NCBI GenBank assembly: GCA_035635495.1
Contig: DASQAW010000382.1
Coordinates: 1-51,443 of the forward strand
Direction: 5' to 3'
Origin: Burkholderiales bacterium
GTDB taxonomy: Bacteria; Pseudomonadota; Gammaproteobacteria; Burkholderiales; SG8-39
DNA: 51,443 nucleotides
Of the stretch, positions 50,423 to 51,443 are shown one piece after another; position 1 is the stretch's first letter; every line of letters begins with the position of its first letter. Made by a program: the position numbers and the translations under genes. A model generated the notes under the pieces. That model was not told the origin of the DNA, made no database searches, and worked only from the letters and a program-made list of their open reading frames with translations.

Positions 50423-51443
50423 GCCCGACCACGCAAGGCGCCCTCGTGCTGATCACAACGCTGATCGTGCTGCTGTCCGGCGCGCCGGTTGCCTTCGGCC
50501 TCGGCGCGCTGTCGATCGTGTTCATCGTCATCTTCCAGGGAATGGGCGCCCTGCAGGTGGTGGCCGAGACCTTTTACGCCGGTCTCAATGACTTCACCCT
50601 GGTCTCGATCCCGATGTTCGTGATGATGGGCGCGGCGATCGGCTCGTCGCCGGCAGGGCGCGACCTGTACGAGGCGCTCGACCGCTGGCTTTACCGCGTG
50701 CCGGGCGGCTTGGTGATCTCCAACCTCGGCGCCTGCGCCATCTTCGCCGCGCTGACCGGCTCTTCGCCGGCTTGCTGCGCCGCCATCGGCAAGATGGGTA
50801 TCCCGGAGATGCGCCGGCGCGGCTATCCGGACGAGATCGCTACCGGCTCGATCTGCGCCGGCGGCACGCTCGGCATCCTCATTCCGCCCTCGATCACGTT
50901 CATTCTTTACGGCATCGCCACCGAGACCTCGATCGGGCGCCTGTTCCTCGCCGGCGTCATGCCGGGACTGATGCTCACGGGCCTCTTCATGCTGTGGACG
51001 CTATTCGCCATCTGGCGCCGCGGATTCCGCGCCCACCCGGCGGAGTTCCGCTATAGCTGGAAGGAGAAATTCCATTCGATACCGAAGATCGCGCCATTCC
51101 TGGTGATCATCATCGGCGTCATGTATGTCCTCTACGGCGGCGTCGCCACGCCGTCGGAAGCCGCCGGCGTGGGCGCTGCTCTTTGCGTGGTGCTCGCGGT
51201 GGTCATCTACCGGATGTGGCGTGCGCGGGACTGGTGGCAGATCCTGCGCGACACCACGCGCGAGTCGCTGATGATCCTGATGATCATCGGCGCAGCCGTG
51301 CTCTTCGGCTACATGCTGACGTCGCTCTACCTCACGCAGACCTTGGCGCAGGCGATCGCCGACATGCACGTCAATCGCTGGGTGCTGATGGCACTGATCA
51401 ACGTGTTTTTGCTGGTCTGCGGCTTTTTCATTCCGCCGGCGGC
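50419..51443 (+). CDS. TRAP transporter large permease (DctM family), 3'-truncated by the window end
   Basis: This frame is absent from the ORF track because it has no stop. My translation is MSPTTQGALVLITTLIVLLSGAPVAFGLGAL...FTLVSIPMFVMMGAA...GIPEMRRRGYP...GGTLGILIPPS..., open to position 51443. Confidence 0.88.
   Translation, partial: MSPTTQGALVLITTLIVLLSGAPVAFGLGALSIVFIVIFQGMGALQVVAETFYAGLNDFTLVSIPMFVMMGAAIGSSPAGRDLYEALDRWLYRVPGGLVISNLGACAIFAALTGSSPACCAAIGKMGIPEMRRRGYPDEIATGSICAGGTLGILIPPSITFILYGIATETSIGRLFLAGVMPGLMLTGLFMLWTLFAIWRRGFRAHPAEFRYSWKEKFHSIPKIAPFLVIIIGVMYVLYGGVATPSEAAGVGAALCVVLAVVIYRMWRARDWWQILRDTTRESLMILMIIGAAVLFGYMLTSLYLTQTLAQAIADMHVNRWVLMALINVFLLVCGFFIPPA

Overview
This is a GC-rich (judged by eye, not computed) proteobacterial chromosome segment with betaproteobacteria-like gene order. 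It covers the classic origin-proximal core, and almost the whole window is tightly packed housekeeping genes. In order: glnK-amtB; an FAH-hydrolase/maiA/pcaHG aromatic block with a convergent thioesterase; metH plus an unlisted 33-aa bTHX ribosomal protein gene; then on the minus strand an NtrX-like regulator, NtrY-like kinase, DUF4390, rsmB, fmt and def. Next come a LysM protein, dprA, smg and topB (+); gyrB-dnaN-dnaA (-); rpmH-rnpA-yidD-yidC-mnmE-pckG (+); an MFS gene (-); and mnmG-rsmG-parA-parB followed by the full atpIBEFHAGDC operon. The window ends with a small hypothetical gene, glpD, a HAD hydrolase, a TauE/SafE exporter, a family III CoA-transferase and a TRAP transporter whose large permease runs off the window end. 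I saw no rRNA, tRNA, CRISPR array, IS element, integrase, prophage or defence-type genes, so I do not claim a new multi-gene system here. The points worth a second look are fine-scale. (1) Three conserved genes (fmt, rnpA, probably the TRAP small permease) have conserved N-termini encoded upstream of the first AUG/GUG/UUG, with an in-frame CTG where the start should be. For rnpA the only canonical in-frame start lies upstream of and across all of rpmH. (2) All four convergent gene junctions have zero or negative spacing, including a 44-nt topB/gyrB overlap. (3) The NtrX-like regulator has a degenerate AAA+ module. (4) The metH leader is structured and attenuator-like. (5) Origin-type signals are sparse: one perfect DnaA box, an AT-rich TAG-repeat tract upstream of dnaN, and one parS upstream of mnmG. 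(6) The ribosome-binding site of a small basic ORF after atpC is sequestered in a hairpin. (7) FAH/maiA are unusually coupled to pcaHG. All protein identifications rest on my recognition of translated motifs; no database search was run.
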